In this document: piece after piece, positions 1-10,394 of the stretch | Layout of the letters: each line of letters begins with the position of its first letter | Numbering within the stretch: the stretch's first letter is position 1 | Position numbers and translations under genes: made by a program | DNA from: Aureliella sp. | GTDB lineage: Bacteria; Planctomycetota; Planctomycetia; Pirellulales; Pirellulaceae | DNA: 64,000 nt | Direction: 5' to 3' | Assembly (NCBI GenBank): GCA_963691875.1 | Contig: OY829846.1 | Location: 64,001 to 128,000, forward strand | Notes under the pieces: generated by a model | What the model was told of the DNA's origin: nothing | Seen by the model: only the letters and a program-made list of their open reading frames with translations | Database searches by the model: none

Positions 1-48
1 TCTGGGTGTCGTATTCATTCGACTCTAAAGCGAAGGGTAGAAGAGTGA

Positions 49-118
49 AACCACAAAGGACGCGGAGAGCAAGAAGGAAGAGCAGTTTTATGCTTCAAGC
101 TTCGTGTCCTTTGTGGTT
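49..118. repeat. Inverted-repeat pair (AACCACAAAGGACRCGRAG family), intergenic REP-like element
   Basis: 49-67 AACCACAAAGGACGCGGAG pairs with 100-118 CTTCGTGTCCTTTGTGGTT (17/19 complementary). A related half-site lies near 7038-7066. Confidence 0.55.
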
Positions 119-304
119 CATGTGGCTTTCATGGGAAAGATCAAGCTCGGAGCTCCCATTTGTCGTTCATAAGCCCTTTAGGCTACGAGAGTACAGGGGA
201 CGCTGCATCCGAGTCGAATCACGTAGATCAACTTGGCGGGCTGCGTTTTCATATGTACTCTAACCTGCCGAGTAGCTCTGAATTGCCTTGAAATTTGAAT
301 CCAA

Positions 305-670
305 ATGACGACGACCAAAGAACACGACGAACGCATTCGCACCATGACCTTTGCTTCTGTTTACCCACACTACGTGGCCAAAGTCGAAAAGAAAGGCAGA
401 ACGGTCAAAGAACTTCACGAAGTCATGACTTGGCTTGCCGGCTACGACGCCAAGGAAATCAAACGCTTGGCCAAGAGCGAAACAACCTTTGAGGAATTTT
501 TCGACAAAGCAACATTGAACCCGAACGCCAGTCTCATCACGGGTTCGATCTGTGGTTACCGCATCGAAGAGATCACCACTCCACTAACGAAACAGTGTCG
601 CTACCTGGACAAATTGATCGACGAACTCGCCAAAGGCCGCAAGATGGAAAAAATCCTGCGCTCCGAATAG
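305..670 (+). CDS. DUF2200 family protein
   Basis: 121 aa; MTFASVYPHYVAKVEKKGRT, ITGSICGYRIEEI and RYLDKLIDELAKG match the family pattern. Confidence 0.85.
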   Translation: MTTTKEHDERIRTMTFASVYPHYVAKVEKKGRTVKELHEVMTWLAGYDAKEIKRLAKSETTFEEFFDKATLNPNASLITGSICGYRIEEITTPLTKQCRYLDKLIDELAKGRKMEKILRSE

Positions 671-930
671 CCAGCAATGAGGTATGGATGGCTATTTCCT
701 GATTGGGCGATAATTGAGACCGATTGTTGAGACCGATTGCGTAGCTGCATTTCAGTCGCATTGGATCGGGGCCCGAGGCTTCATGCTCCTTTTCGGTTTT
801 TAGGCTGGCTGCAGGTCGATTCTTGGTCGTCACGCCCGCGAACGGAAAAACCAGGAGATTTGGCCGACGCCTTACGGCGATACGGCTCACCTATTTCGAA
901 GCGGCGCGGCATTTACCTACAGAGTTTATC

Positions 931-1863
931 CTAGTTCTTCGTGGCGGCACGAAAACTCTTCTGGTGAAAGTCCAAGATATCCTTGGAGCGTTTTTCGTAG
1001 ATGATCTTGGCGCTATGCGGAGCGTCCGGCACTACAAGTCGCTCGAAGGGAATTCCTTCCGTTTTAAGAAAGCTCATGAATTCCAAGTTGTTCTCATAGT
1101 TGAAGCCTTTGTCGCCAACAAAGACAAGCATGCGAAAATTGGCCGCATTGTCATTTTCCATCGTGGCTGAATAGGATCGAGCCAAGTCCCAAGTGTTGTA
1201 GCCTTCTGCGAAAATCAGAGAATCACTTTCACGACCACCTTCTTCAGAGATGCGTTTCTCCGTCTCATAGCCACCGCCACCCGGTGCGGCCGAGCAAAAT
1301 AAGTTCGGATGCCTCATGATGATCCGCATCGTACCACGTCCGCCTTGTGAGAAGCCCTCGATGCCGCGTCCACTACGATCGGCAATCGTGCGATAAGTTC
1401 CATCGATATGAGGAATCAACTCCTTGATGAACACGTCTTCTCCCATCGCGTTCTTCTTCTGCGGATAGTTGTAATGACTTACCGGTCCGCCGTTGATAAA
1501 CACATAGATGGTGGGATCGATCTGCTTGCTTTGGGTGGCTCGGTGCACGAAGGCGGCGAGTGAGATGCTTTTCTTTTCGCTGCCAGGACGGCCACCGTGC
1601 AGATAGTAAACGACCGGGTACTTCTTCTCTGCGTTCTTTGGCATTTCGTAGCCAGGAGGCAGATAGATGAAGTAGCCGACATCGAGATCCATCGAGGGGC
1701 TGCGAAAGGTAGCGTGCTTAAGTCCTGGGATATTGGACTTCGCAGGATTCACCCACTGAAACGTTGCTGGTTTCTTCTTTTTGTTCGACTGCTCCTGTGC
1801 CAAAGCTGGGCTGACGCAGAATGTGAGTGCGATAACAAAGCAGGGAAGTTTCCGTATTAGCAT
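931..1863 (-). CDS. Secreted alpha/beta-hydrolase, putative esterase (CE1/XynZ-like)
   Basis: Signal peptide, YPVVYYLHGG, nucleophile GFSQGG, C-terminal His (DAPH). ORF is open to 1896; start chosen at MLIRKL. Confidence 0.8.
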   Translation of the reverse strand: MLIRKLPCFVIALTFCVSPALAQEQSNKKKKPATFQWVNPAKSNIPGLKHATFRSPSMDLDVGYFIYLPPGYEMPKNAEKKYPVVYYLHGGRPGSEKKSISLAAFVHRATQSKQIDPTIYVFINGGPVSHYNYPQKKNAMGEDVFIKELIPHIDGTYRTIADRSGRGIEGFSQGGRGTMRIIMRHPNLFCSAAPGGGGYETEKRISEEGGRESDSLIFAEGYNTWDLARSYSATMENDNAANFRMLVFVGDKGFNYENNLEFMSFLKTEGIPFERLVVPDAPHSAKIIYEKRSKDILDFHQKSFRAATKN

Positions 1864-2000
1864 TGTGGCTCCAGTGAAAAAGCAGCGGTTCGCCATATTT
1901 TGAACCGATCGAGCTCGCCGATCCAGTATCTACCAGGATTCCTTTCTACAATGTTGCTGTCTCGCTGTTGTCCCAGGGAAAGAAGATTGTGATTTGGCAT

Positions 2001-2810
2001 ATGATTTCAAAACGAAGTTTCGCTTGGCACTTGAGTTTCGCTATTCTTGGCGTCCTGACCCCTCTGTCAGGGTCCTTGTTCGCGCAGGAAGAAACTCGAA
2101 CCCTGCGTGTGCTCAGCTACAACATTCATCACGGCGAGGGGACGGACGGCAAACTCGATTTGGAACGCATCGCCAGGTTGATTCTTGACTCAAAGGCCGA
2201 TTTGGTTGCCTTGCAAGAGGTCGACAAGAAAGTCGGTCGCAGCCAAGGTGTCGATCAAGCCGCAGAACTGGCCAAGCTAACGAAGATGTATTTTGTTTTC
2301 GGTAAGAATATCTCCTTTGGCGGTGGCGACTATGGCAATGCGGTTCTCTCTAGGTTTTCTATTCAGGAGAGTCAGAATCGGCACTTGCCAAACGTGAACA
2401 AAGGGGAGCAGCGAGGAGCTTTGACTCTGAGAGTTCAAGTTCCTGGATGGAAGACTCCGCTACTGTTTACCTCCACCCATTGGGATCATCGTCGCGAAGT
2501 GGAAGAACGTGAGCAGTCGGCGAAGGTACTGGTTGAGATGGCGACGGACACGGAAATGCCGCAGCTGTTGGCCGGAGATCTGAATACAGTGGTTGGCTCC
2601 AGGGCATTGGAATTGCTCTGCGCGAGTTGGACTTTGGCAAACGACAAGCCGCTGCCAACCGTTCCCGTCAGCAATCCTACGAAGCAGATCGACTTCATTC
2701 TTGGAAACAAATCTTACCGATGGATATTTGAGCAGACACGAGTGCTCGATGAGGCGATTGCGTCTGACCATCGCGCGATTCTGACTGTCGTTCGCTTGGA
2801 CGGTGCGTAA
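2001..2810 (+). CDS. Endonuclease/exonuclease/phosphatase (EEP) family protein, exported
   Basis: LSYNIH, LVALQEVD, LAGDLN, IDFIL and SDH motifs; N-terminal signal peptide. Confidence 0.9.
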   Translation: MISKRSFAWHLSFAILGVLTPLSGSLFAQEETRTLRVLSYNIHHGEGTDGKLDLERIARLILDSKADLVALQEVDKKVGRSQGVDQAAELAKLTKMYFVFGKNISFGGGDYGNAVLSRFSIQESQNRHLPNVNKGEQRGALTLRVQVPGWKTPLLFTSTHWDHRREVEEREQSAKVLVEMATDTEMPQLLAGDLNTVVGSRALELLCASWTLANDKPLPTVPVSNPTKQIDFILGNKSYRWIFEQTRVLDEAIASDHRAILTVVRLDGA

Positions 2811-2987
2811 AGTAAAGTTTTGCACTACTGGGGCGGTTTGTTCTTTCATGACAAGCGAGATGCTTATGCTGCATCGTGGGGCGTGATGGTAACTTACAGT
2901 TACGGATTGCCATAACCTGTATAAGCTTTGCTGATCTTCCTCCCGTGTTCTCTCCCTCTGGCCCGCCTGACGGAACGGATTTTGACG

Positions 2988-5900
2988 ATGAAGTGTTCCT
3001 GTGTCTTCAAGACTGTTTTTCTTCCTTTGGTTCTATTTTGCACCTGCAGCTCCATTGCTTCGGCAAATGACAACGCCGGCTCCTCAGCAGCGCAGCCTTT
3101 GAAGAGCTTGCCAAAAGTGGGGCATCCGACTTTCCTAAGTCCTCACGCCTCTCCGATCTTGGCGCACGGCTCACAAATCTTCGTGGTCAATACTCCGGCA
3201 GACACGGTGGATGTGGTTGACGCGAAGTCACAGCAGGTTACGGACCGGATTCATGTCGGTGTTGATCCTGTCAGCTTGGCTCTGCGTCCTGATGGGAAAG
3301 AGTTGTGGGTCGCGAATCACATATCTGACTCGGTCAGTGTGATCGATACAGATTCGAAGAGTATGACGCACTTTCAAGTCATCGCTACCGTTCAGGAAAT
3401 CGACGCTCGCAGCAAGTCTACGCGTTTTGATGAACCGGTGGGAATCGCATTTGCCAATGATGAGAAGGCCTACGTTTCTTTGTCTTCTGAGAACAAGATT
3501 GCGGTCGTTGATGTAGCCAGTCGCAAAGTTGTGCGGCGACTCAATATTCCCGCTCAAGATCCTAGAGCGATCCGAGTTCGAAATGGCAAGTTGTATGTGG
3601 TTCCGTTTGAGTCGAACAACAAAACGCAACTCTCCGGTGGCACGGGCGAGTTGGATGATGGGATCGAGACGTTTGACGCTTATCAACATTCGATTGCCGT
3701 CAACAATGTTCTTTCGATTGGTCACGTGGTCGATGTTGTGAAACATCCGAAAGTTCCCGATCGGGATTTGTTCGTATTTGATACGGAGACCGACAAGTTG
3801 ATTGAGACGGTCGATACGTTGGGGACATTGCTGTACGGGCTCACTGTTGACTCAAAAGGTCGAGTCTTTGTTGCCCAGACCGACGCTCGTAACGATGCAA
3901 ATGGGAGATCCGGGACGAAGAAGCATGGTTTGGCTGAACTTGAGAATCGAGCGTTCTTGAATCAGATCACACAAGTCGGTTTTGTCGATGGAAAAGCTCA
4001 GAAGCCACAGTTCTTTGAGCTTGAGCCTTTGCCGCCGATGCATCCCGCCGAGGGCGAAGGCCTGGCGACTCCCTTTGCGATTGAAGTCAGCTCAGACGAC
4101 AAAGTTCTGGTCTGCTCGGCGGCCGGTTCCGACATTGTGTTCACAGTGGATGCGGAAAGTGGCAAGATCTTGGGCAGAGTCGAAGTTGGCGCCGTGCCAC
4201 GTGGCATATCACTTGTTCATGGCGAGGACGGTGAACTCGACAAGGCCTGGGTTCACAACGCAGTTGACAATTCGATCAGCCAACTCGATTTAACCGATGT
4301 CGCTGAACCAAAGCTAACTTGCACGGTAGCTCTGGAAGATCCAACATTGCCTGCGGTCAAACGGGGAAGAATTGCCTTCAACACTGCAGCGGCTTCCACC
4401 ACGCGGACTTTTTCTTGTGCCAGCTGCCATCCAGATGGCCACACAGATCAATTGTTGTGGGTGCTAAAAACACCAGTGGTGACCGGAGGCAGTCAGATCA
4501 TGCCGCGTTCCACCATGCCGATTCGTGGGTTGCGAGACACAGCTCCTTTCCATTGGGATGGCATACCCGGCGATCCGTATGGCGGCAACAACAGTGGCAA
4601 CATCTACGGCAGTGATGAGCCTAACTCGGATGTTGCAAGACCGGAAACCACCACGCGGCACTTGATCGACGGTGGTCTCGCATCCACCATGAAGTTAGTG
4701 GGTTCAAAGCAGAGGAACGACGAGGACAAGGAAGGAGCTTTGACCGCCAAAGAACGGGATGACATGGCGACTTTCTTGCTAAGCGTCCTCTATCCCCCTG
4801 CACAGCGACGGTCATATACCAACGAGTTGTCCGAACGTGCCCAAAAGGGATACAACTTGTTCCATATCGAAGGTGACTATCAGGGGGATCCGCGACCGAA
4901 TGTCTGTGGCGACTGCCACCGGATGCCATTCCTTGTTAGTACCAATACGCCAGGCAGCGGAATGGACGCACCAACTTGGCGCGGCGCCTACGATCGTTGG
5001 TTGATCTTGCCACAAGGTCGGCTGAATATCATCGACTTCGATTTTTTTGAACGCATCGCGCGGCAAGGGATTCCGGAGCGAAATCTTTGGCAGTTTTCGT
5101 GGGCGGGGCGGCGACGTTTCGATCCGATATGGGACATGGTGCTGGAGAACAGTACTGGCTTCTCGGGTGCATTTGCACGACAAGTCACGCTCAGTAAGGC
5201 GACGGTAGGCGAAGAGTTGACGACCGACTTGCTCAGTGCATTGGAAACGGCGGCACAAGAAGGTGCGGTGCAGTTGCAGGTTCACGGCGTCTTGCTTCGC
5301 GGTGTGAAATCGATGCAGGTGGCTCTTCATTACGATCCTAGCATTGAGGGGGGAAGCTATGTGCAGGTGGGCGGAAAGAAGCGTGTTCGCAGAAAAACCT
5401 CGCTCGAGGTGGGTGCTGATAGCGCAGTGGAGTATCCAACTTACAGTCCACAACGGTTAGCAGCATTGGCAGCCAAGGGGCAGTTTGTCGGTACATTTAC
5501 CGCTCAACAAGGCGTGTGGAGCAATGTTGAACATCCACAGCCTGGTTTGTGGACACGTGGACCCATCGAACAACAACGCGGCCACCAGGTTTTTCCAATC
5601 CTGTTCGGTGACCTTCGCACGATGGAAATCAGCGGCAGGCACATCGCGAAAGATGCGCACGTATACGTCGATGGTCACCGCGTAGAGGGGAAAGTCACCT
5701 TGGGCGAGGATGATGACCTCAGCATCGAACTGTTGGAACTGCCTAATGAAGGAATGCATTTAGTTCAGGTGCAAAATGTGGAGGGCATGTTCAGCAACGA
5801 CTTTATTTTCCACGTGGTCGCCGACGAAGCTGCAGCAATGACTTTGCGTGAACGGCGCGCGGCGCTACAAAACCCTGGTTCCGCTCTCCAAAGCGCTATT

Positions 5901-6386
5901 GCAGAGGGCAACCTGAAACGAATGAAGCGGCTCATTGATGGAGGAGCGCGAGTGAATGCACGCGGAGGCGATGGTGGCTCAATTCCACTTAGCACGGCTG
6001 CATTACATGGCGAATTGGACGCGGCGAAACTGCTTCTGGAGCATGGAGCGCGAATCAACCACACCAATCGAGATGGAAACACTCCGCTGCTTATAGCCGC
6101 CTTTATGGCTGAGACCGAAATGGTCGAGTGGTTGTTGGAGAATGGCGCAGAAATCTTAAAAGAAAACGAGCGAGGCGAGACTCCAATCGACGTGATCACA
6201 AGCGATGTGGACGAAGGGCTGGCGAATTTCTATCGGGGAATCGGTGTGTCGACCGGTGCGGAGATCGACCTCGCGCACATCAGGAAGACGCGTCCCGTTC
6301 TCCGCAAGTTTTTCCAGGAGAAACTAGCCGAGCAAGGAACCAAAGATGAACCCAAAGATGAACCCGAAGCTGACCGCGACGATTAG
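2988..6386 (+). CDS. Secreted YVTN-type beta-propeller / diheme cytochrome c protein with C-terminal ankyrin repeats
   Basis: Signal peptide; propeller repeats (VGVDPVSLALRPDGKELWVAN); CASCH at 4416-4430 and CGDCH at 4905-4919; ankyrin repeats (PLSTAALHGELDAAKLLLEHGA, GNTPLLIAAF). Confidence 0.8.
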   Translation: MKCSCVFKTVFLPLVLFCTCSSIASANDNAGSSAAQPLKSLPKVGHPTFLSPHASPILAHGSQIFVVNTPADTVDVVDAKSQQVTDRIHVGVDPVSLALRPDGKELWVANHISDSVSVIDTDSKSMTHFQVIATVQEIDARSKSTRFDEPVGIAFANDEKAYVSLSSENKIAVVDVASRKVVRRLNIPAQDPRAIRVRNGKLYVVPFESNNKTQLSGGTGELDDGIETFDAYQHSIAVNNVLSIGHVVDVVKHPKVPDRDLFVFDTETDKLIETVDTLGTLLYGLTVDSKGRVFVAQTDARNDANGRSGTKKHGLAELENRAFLNQITQVGFVDGKAQKPQFFELEPLPPMHPAEGEGLATPFAIEVSSDDKVLVCSAAGSDIVFTVDAESGKILGRVEVGAVPRGISLVHGEDGELDKAWVHNAVDNSISQLDLTDVAEPKLTCTVALEDPTLPAVKRGRIAFNTAAASTTRTFSCASCHPDGHTDQLLWVLKTPVVTGGSQIMPRSTMPIRGLRDTAPFHWDGIPGDPYGGNNSGNIYGSDEPNSDVARPETTTRHLIDGGLASTMKLVGSKQRNDEDKEGALTAKERDDMATFLLSVLYPPAQRRSYTNELSERAQKGYNLFHIEGDYQGDPRPNVCGDCHRMPFLVSTNTPGSGMDAPTWRGAYDRWLILPQGRLNIIDFDFFERIARQGIPERNLWQFSWAGRRRFDPIWDMVLENSTGFSGAFARQVTLSKATVGEELTTDLLSALETAAQEGAVQLQVHGVLLRGVKSMQVALHYDPSIEGGSYVQVGGKKRVRRKTSLEVGADSAVEYPTYSPQRLAALAAKGQFVGTFTAQQGVWSNVEHPQPGLWTRGPIEQQRGHQVFPILFGDLRTMEISGRHIAKDAHVYVDGHRVEGKVTLGEDDDLSIELLELPNEGMHLVQVQNVEGMFSNDFIFHVVADEAAAMTLRERRAALQNPGSALQSAIAEGNLKRMKRLIDGGARVNARGGDGGSIPLSTAALHGELDAAKLLLEHGARINHTNRDGNTPLLIAAFMAETEMVEWLLENGAEILKENERGETPIDVITSDVDEGLANFYRGIGVSTGAEIDLAHIRKTRPVLRKFFQEKLAEQGTKDEPKDEPEADRDD

Positions 6387-7229
6387 CCGGTGAAGGATAA
6401 GTCCGATAGCAAGTGATTGCCTACGACATATTTGCTGATCCAATCCTTGAATCTTTGAAAGAATCTTGTCGCAAGACAATCTTGAAGTCACGTACGTCCA
6501 GACGTGAAGAATTGCCTAGACTCCGTAAGCGTACGTGACCTTCCAATAAAGATCCTAGGTCGTTTTGAGTAAAAGGGGGGCATAGACTACGCGCGGCAAG
6601 GCAAAGATCAGTGCGTAACCTGCCGATTTTGGTGGAACCGGAATCTTCAGATTCAAGAAGAAGACAACTACGGAGGTCGCAAACAGACAGCCAACGCAAA
6701 TGTTAACTAGAAATGGATCGCCGAGTAGCCTTCGCAATTTGGTGACGTATAAAAGCCAAGCTTGCAGAGTGAGCAAAATTGCAAGCGAGGCTGAAATCAA
6801 GCTGGCTAGCTGCAATTGCCGCGGATTTTGCTAGAGTGCCGCAGCGATATTACTAGGCTGATAAGGATGCTCCGGTGCTAGGGATAGCTCAATCGAGTGG
6901 TGGTGGGTCGGCAGTCAATCTATCATCAAGTAAATTGAGCCGAATGCGATTGCTTCGGGGTGAGGGAAGAATATCTAATAACCCCTCAGAATAACCGAGT
7001 TCTCGGTATAGCAACGAAGCATCTGGTAGCAGGAAACCTCTGTGCTCTTTGTGGACCCTGTGGGTATCAAACCGTGACAGCAGGCCTTTTATGGGCGAGA
7101 ACACAGATTCCACAGGCTTTAAACGGTTGGTTTTTGCGATTCATGCGGATTGGTGGTCCGTGCAGTTCGTCTTGAGTGCGACTACGTAGACCGATGGCGT
7201 TCTGACGTAGGCTGAACCAAGCGGCTTAC

Positions 7230-7760
7230 GACGGGCAGCGGCGATTTTGGGCGTCCGATCCATGCGCTTTGATTTCGTTTTGGGGATGCAGACGGTATGA
7301 GGCAGTGCAGCGTTAATTGGTAGGGAATAAATCCTGTGCGACCTGGCTCTAAGGTGCTCGTAGAGTATGTTGAAGGGAATCCCCGAGTACCGTGTATTTG
7401 GGTCCATTGCTCCGGCTTGCTGCCGCTTTGGGCGGGAGCAGTGATCCTCTTCCTGCGTTACGGCGGCGGTTGCGTCTTTGGTGTTGTGATCAGAAAGCCA
7501 AGCTTGCCTGCCGAGGAAATCTCTTCGCAATAGAATGGCTGCTAACGAGAATCTGGTGAAGTAAGTTCGGAAACCTCCGAGCCTGATGGCTCGACCTTTG
7601 GCAAGCTGAGGGTGGCTTCTCAGATCCGTAGTTTGTGTTTTGAGGACCGCGGCAGGATGCCAACGGTACGCTTGTTCTTGGATGGCGGCAGGATGAGACC
7701 GAGCGGACGTCGTTGGACGACCTGAAGAGCCCATAGGCTGACCAGGGCTCGCGCGTCGCT
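7230..7760 (+). pseudogene. Degraded DUF3592-like membrane protein
   Basis: Reading through stops gives GRPIHAL*FRFGDADG...W*GINPVRPGSKVLVEYVEGNPR followed by a hydrophobic segment. Boundaries approximate. Confidence 0.35.
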
Positions 7761-7837
7761 GGATTTTCGGCTATAGTGCGATATTGGGCGAGAGAGATTC
7801 ATTTCTCGCCTTACCACACAATCTCCGACTGGATCCC

Positions 7838-8773
7838 ATGCGAATCCTCACTGAAATAAACGGCTTAGACTCCGCTGAAAAATTTGTCGCCTATCTTCTG
7901 ACGCTAGAGGTCGATACCCAGATTGAACGTCGAGAAGGTGACGGGGATATTTGGGAAGTCTGGGTGCGGGATGAAGACAAACTGCACGTGGCAATGAAGG
8001 AGTTGGAGGCCTTCCAGGCCGATCCACTCAATGCCAAGTACGCGGAGGCTCTTCCAGCAGCGCAGAGGATTTTGGCGGCTCGCGCGGAAAAACACGAGGC
8101 AGCGATAAAGAACATCAAACGCATCTCGAAATCGAACAGTCCCGCTAGTTTTACTCGAGGGCGGATTCCACCGCTGACTCTGACGCTGCTGATCATCTGT
8201 CTGGTCCTAGGCGTATTAACTGGGTTTGGACGCCCCAAAAATACGACTGGTGTATGGATCATGAATCAGCTTGCCTTCGCGGAAGTAGCTGACATAGAGC
8301 AAGCTGGTGGAGATCCAGCGGCGAGTATCAGGAAAGGCGAAATCTGGCGTGTAGTGACACCGATCGTTTTGCATGGCAGCATTATTCACCTGGCGATGAA
8401 CCTGTATTTCTTCACATCGCTGGGAAGAATCATCGAACGATGGATTGGCACACCTAAGTTTGCGATCCTGATCTTGACGCTCGCAGTCTTGCCCAACCTG
8501 TTGCAAGGATTGTCTCCAGAATGGATGCATGGAAATCCACGGTTTGTTGGAATATCTGGTGTGGTGTACGGCTTTCTTGGCTATGTGTGGGTGCGCAGTA
8601 CGATCAACCCGCTGCATGGTATCCAGATTCCCTTCCCAATCATTCTAGTTCTTCTGGTTGTTATTCTGATCGGGCTCTCTGGTGTGGTGCCAGACTGGAG
8701 GTTGGCCGACCTTTGTCACCTTGGCGGATTGGTTGTGGGGTCGGCGATTGGATTCGTGTCTGAGAAAGCTTAG
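7838..8773 (+). CDS. Rhomboid family intramembrane serine protease (GlpG-like)
   Basis: IWRVVTPIVLH, HLAMN, catalytic GISGVVYG and CHLGGL; soluble N-terminal domain. Confidence 0.9.
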   Translation: MRILTEINGLDSAEKFVAYLLTLEVDTQIERREGDGDIWEVWVRDEDKLHVAMKELEAFQADPLNAKYAEALPAAQRILAARAEKHEAAIKNIKRISKSNSPASFTRGRIPPLTLTLLIICLVLGVLTGFGRPKNTTGVWIMNQLAFAEVADIEQAGGDPAASIRKGEIWRVVTPIVLHGSIIHLAMNLYFFTSLGRIIERWIGTPKFAILILTLAVLPNLLQGLSPEWMHGNPRFVGISGVVYGFLGYVWVRSTINPLHGIQIPFPIILVLLVVILIGLSGVVPDWRLADLCHLGGLVVGSAIGFVSEKA

Positions 8774-8815
8774 CCGAGCTTCTCCATTCAACAGCTGTCT
8801 CGCCAGGTTTCATTT

Positions 8816-9493
8816 GTGAACGATCATCCTGAGAGTCTTGTCGTTACCATAGACGGTCCTGCCGGCGCTGGGAAAAGCAGCGTCGCGCGGTTGCTGGCTG
8901 CACGACTCGATTTCGAGTTTCTGGACACAGGGGCAATGTATCGCTGTGTTACCTTGGCTGTCTTGCGGGCAGGAATCTCTCTCAGCAATGCGAACCGAAT
9001 TGCAGCTTTAGCTGAGACGCTTGAGATTGATGTGAAAGGGACCGAAGTCCGCATGAATGGCGAAGATGTTTCCGAAGCGATTCGGCGTCCCCAAGTGGCT
9101 TCCGCCATCGGTTTGGTCGCCGATAATGTCGACGTTCGTGAGACTCTCAGCGACTTGCAACGTAGGTGGACCCAAGGCCGAAGAGTCGTCACCGAAGGCA
9201 GAGATCAGGGTTCAGAGGTCTTTCCTAATTCTCCTTGCAAGATTTTTCTGGTTGCCAGCCCCGAGGAAAGGGCGAAGCGTAGAAAGAGGGAACTTATCGC
9301 CCGCGGAATCGAGATGACTTACGAACAGGTACTTGCGCAGCAATTGCAACGCGACTCAGATGACAGGTCGCGACCGGTAGGTGCGTTGCGCAAAGCCGAA
9401 GACGCAGTTGAGTTCTCGACCAACGGGCTACCACTTGAGGAAGTCGTCGATCAATTAGTCAAACTCGTGCATGATCGGATTACGGGTTCATGA
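8816..9493 (+). CDS. cmk: Cytidylate kinase
   Basis: IDGPAGAGKS P-loop, LDTGAMYR, EGRD and RDSDD motifs. Confidence 0.95.
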   Translation: MNDHPESLVVTIDGPAGAGKSSVARLLAARLDFEFLDTGAMYRCVTLAVLRAGISLSNANRIAALAETLEIDVKGTEVRMNGEDVSEAIRRPQVASAIGLVADNVDVRETLSDLQRRWTQGRRVVTEGRDQGSEVFPNSPCKIFLVASPEERAKRRKRELIARGIEMTYEQVLAQQLQRDSDDRSRPVGALRKAEDAVEFSTNGLPLEEVVDQLVKLVHDRITGS

Positions 9494-10218
9494 GTCAGGC
9501 AGAAACGGTCGAGAGTGCAACGGACGTTGAGTCTTCTGCTGAATCCAAGCCACGCCGGGAAAAGAAGAAGCCAGCGCCGGCTAAAAGAAGCCTCGCGAAG
9601 CATATCTTCTATTTTCTGGTGCGTCTGATTTCTCAATATTTCGGAGTTTTTCTCTTTCATGCGAGGTGCTACGACCGGCATTGGATTCCCGGTAAGGGTG
9701 GTGGGTTGATCCTGAGTTCACATCAAAGCCATTTTGATCCGGTGTTGATCGGTGTCACGTTCAACGAGCGATTGAACTATTTGGCGCGACGAACTTTGTT
9801 CAATAATCGGATCTTTGGCGCCATCATCAGTCTGCTCGACGCAATCGAGTTGGACCGTGATCGTAGTGGACTGGCTGGGCTCAAAGAAACGCTCACTAGG
9901 CTACGACGTGGTGAAAAAGTTTTGATTTTTCCTGAAGGAACGCGTTCGAGTACCGGGCAAATGGCTCCACTAAAGCCCGGGTTTATTTCGGTGGCCAAAC
10001 GCAGCAAAGTTCCATTGATTCCGGTCGCGATTACGGGAGCTTTTGAAGCACTGCCGCGAGGTTCCAAGATTCCGGTTCGCAATCCTATTCGACTCGTTGT
10101 TGGCGAGCCGATTGAGTTTGAAAAGATCGGAGAACTCTCTGATGATGAGCTGCTGGCATTGGTGCAAGCTCGGTTGCAGGCAATAGACACGAGAGCTCGA
10201 AGCTTCTCCCTACTGTAG
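9490..10218 (+). CDS. plsC: 1-acyl-sn-glycerol-3-phosphate acyltransferase
   Basis: SHQSHFD (HX4D) and IFPEGTRS; 4-nt overlap with cmk. Confidence 0.9.
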   Translation: MSQAETVESATDVESSAESKPRREKKKPAPAKRSLAKHIFYFLVRLISQYFGVFLFHARCYDRHWIPGKGGGLILSSHQSHFDPVLIGVTFNERLNYLARRTLFNNRIFGAIISLLDAIELDRDRSGLAGLKETLTRLRRGEKVLIFPEGTRSSTGQMAPLKPGFISVAKRSKVPLIPVAITGAFEALPRGSKIPVRNPIRLVVGEPIEFEKIGELSDDELLALVQARLQAIDTRARSFSLL

Positions 10219-10394
10219 TGGGATTCGCAAGAATCCAGTGCTGTGTTTGGGGGTTCGCCAAAATTCAATCAAGAGGCTTTCGCCTCAATCTATGAGGGCG
10301 CAATGAGGAAAGTGCCGAAGTATCGGCAGCGCCGGAGAGTTGTATGAGGCTGCTCCGAGAATGTAGACCAGGGAATTTGGGCGAATCCCACTAC
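10215..10394. repeat. Inverted pair of GTAG-type REP-like elements
   Basis: 10215-10236 GTAGTGGGATTCGCAAGAATCC and the reverse-strand copy at 10372-10394 (GTAGTGGGATTCGCCCAAATTCC); third copy at 31502-31524. Confidence 0.7.

Noticed and set aside
714..739. 13-bp tandem duplication TTGAGACCGATTG
   Set aside because: Only two copies with no associated feature; likely a slippage duplication.
7141..7734. 197-aa minus-strand ORF
   Set aside because: No recognisable motifs; the opposite strand carries a more plausible degraded membrane-protein gene.
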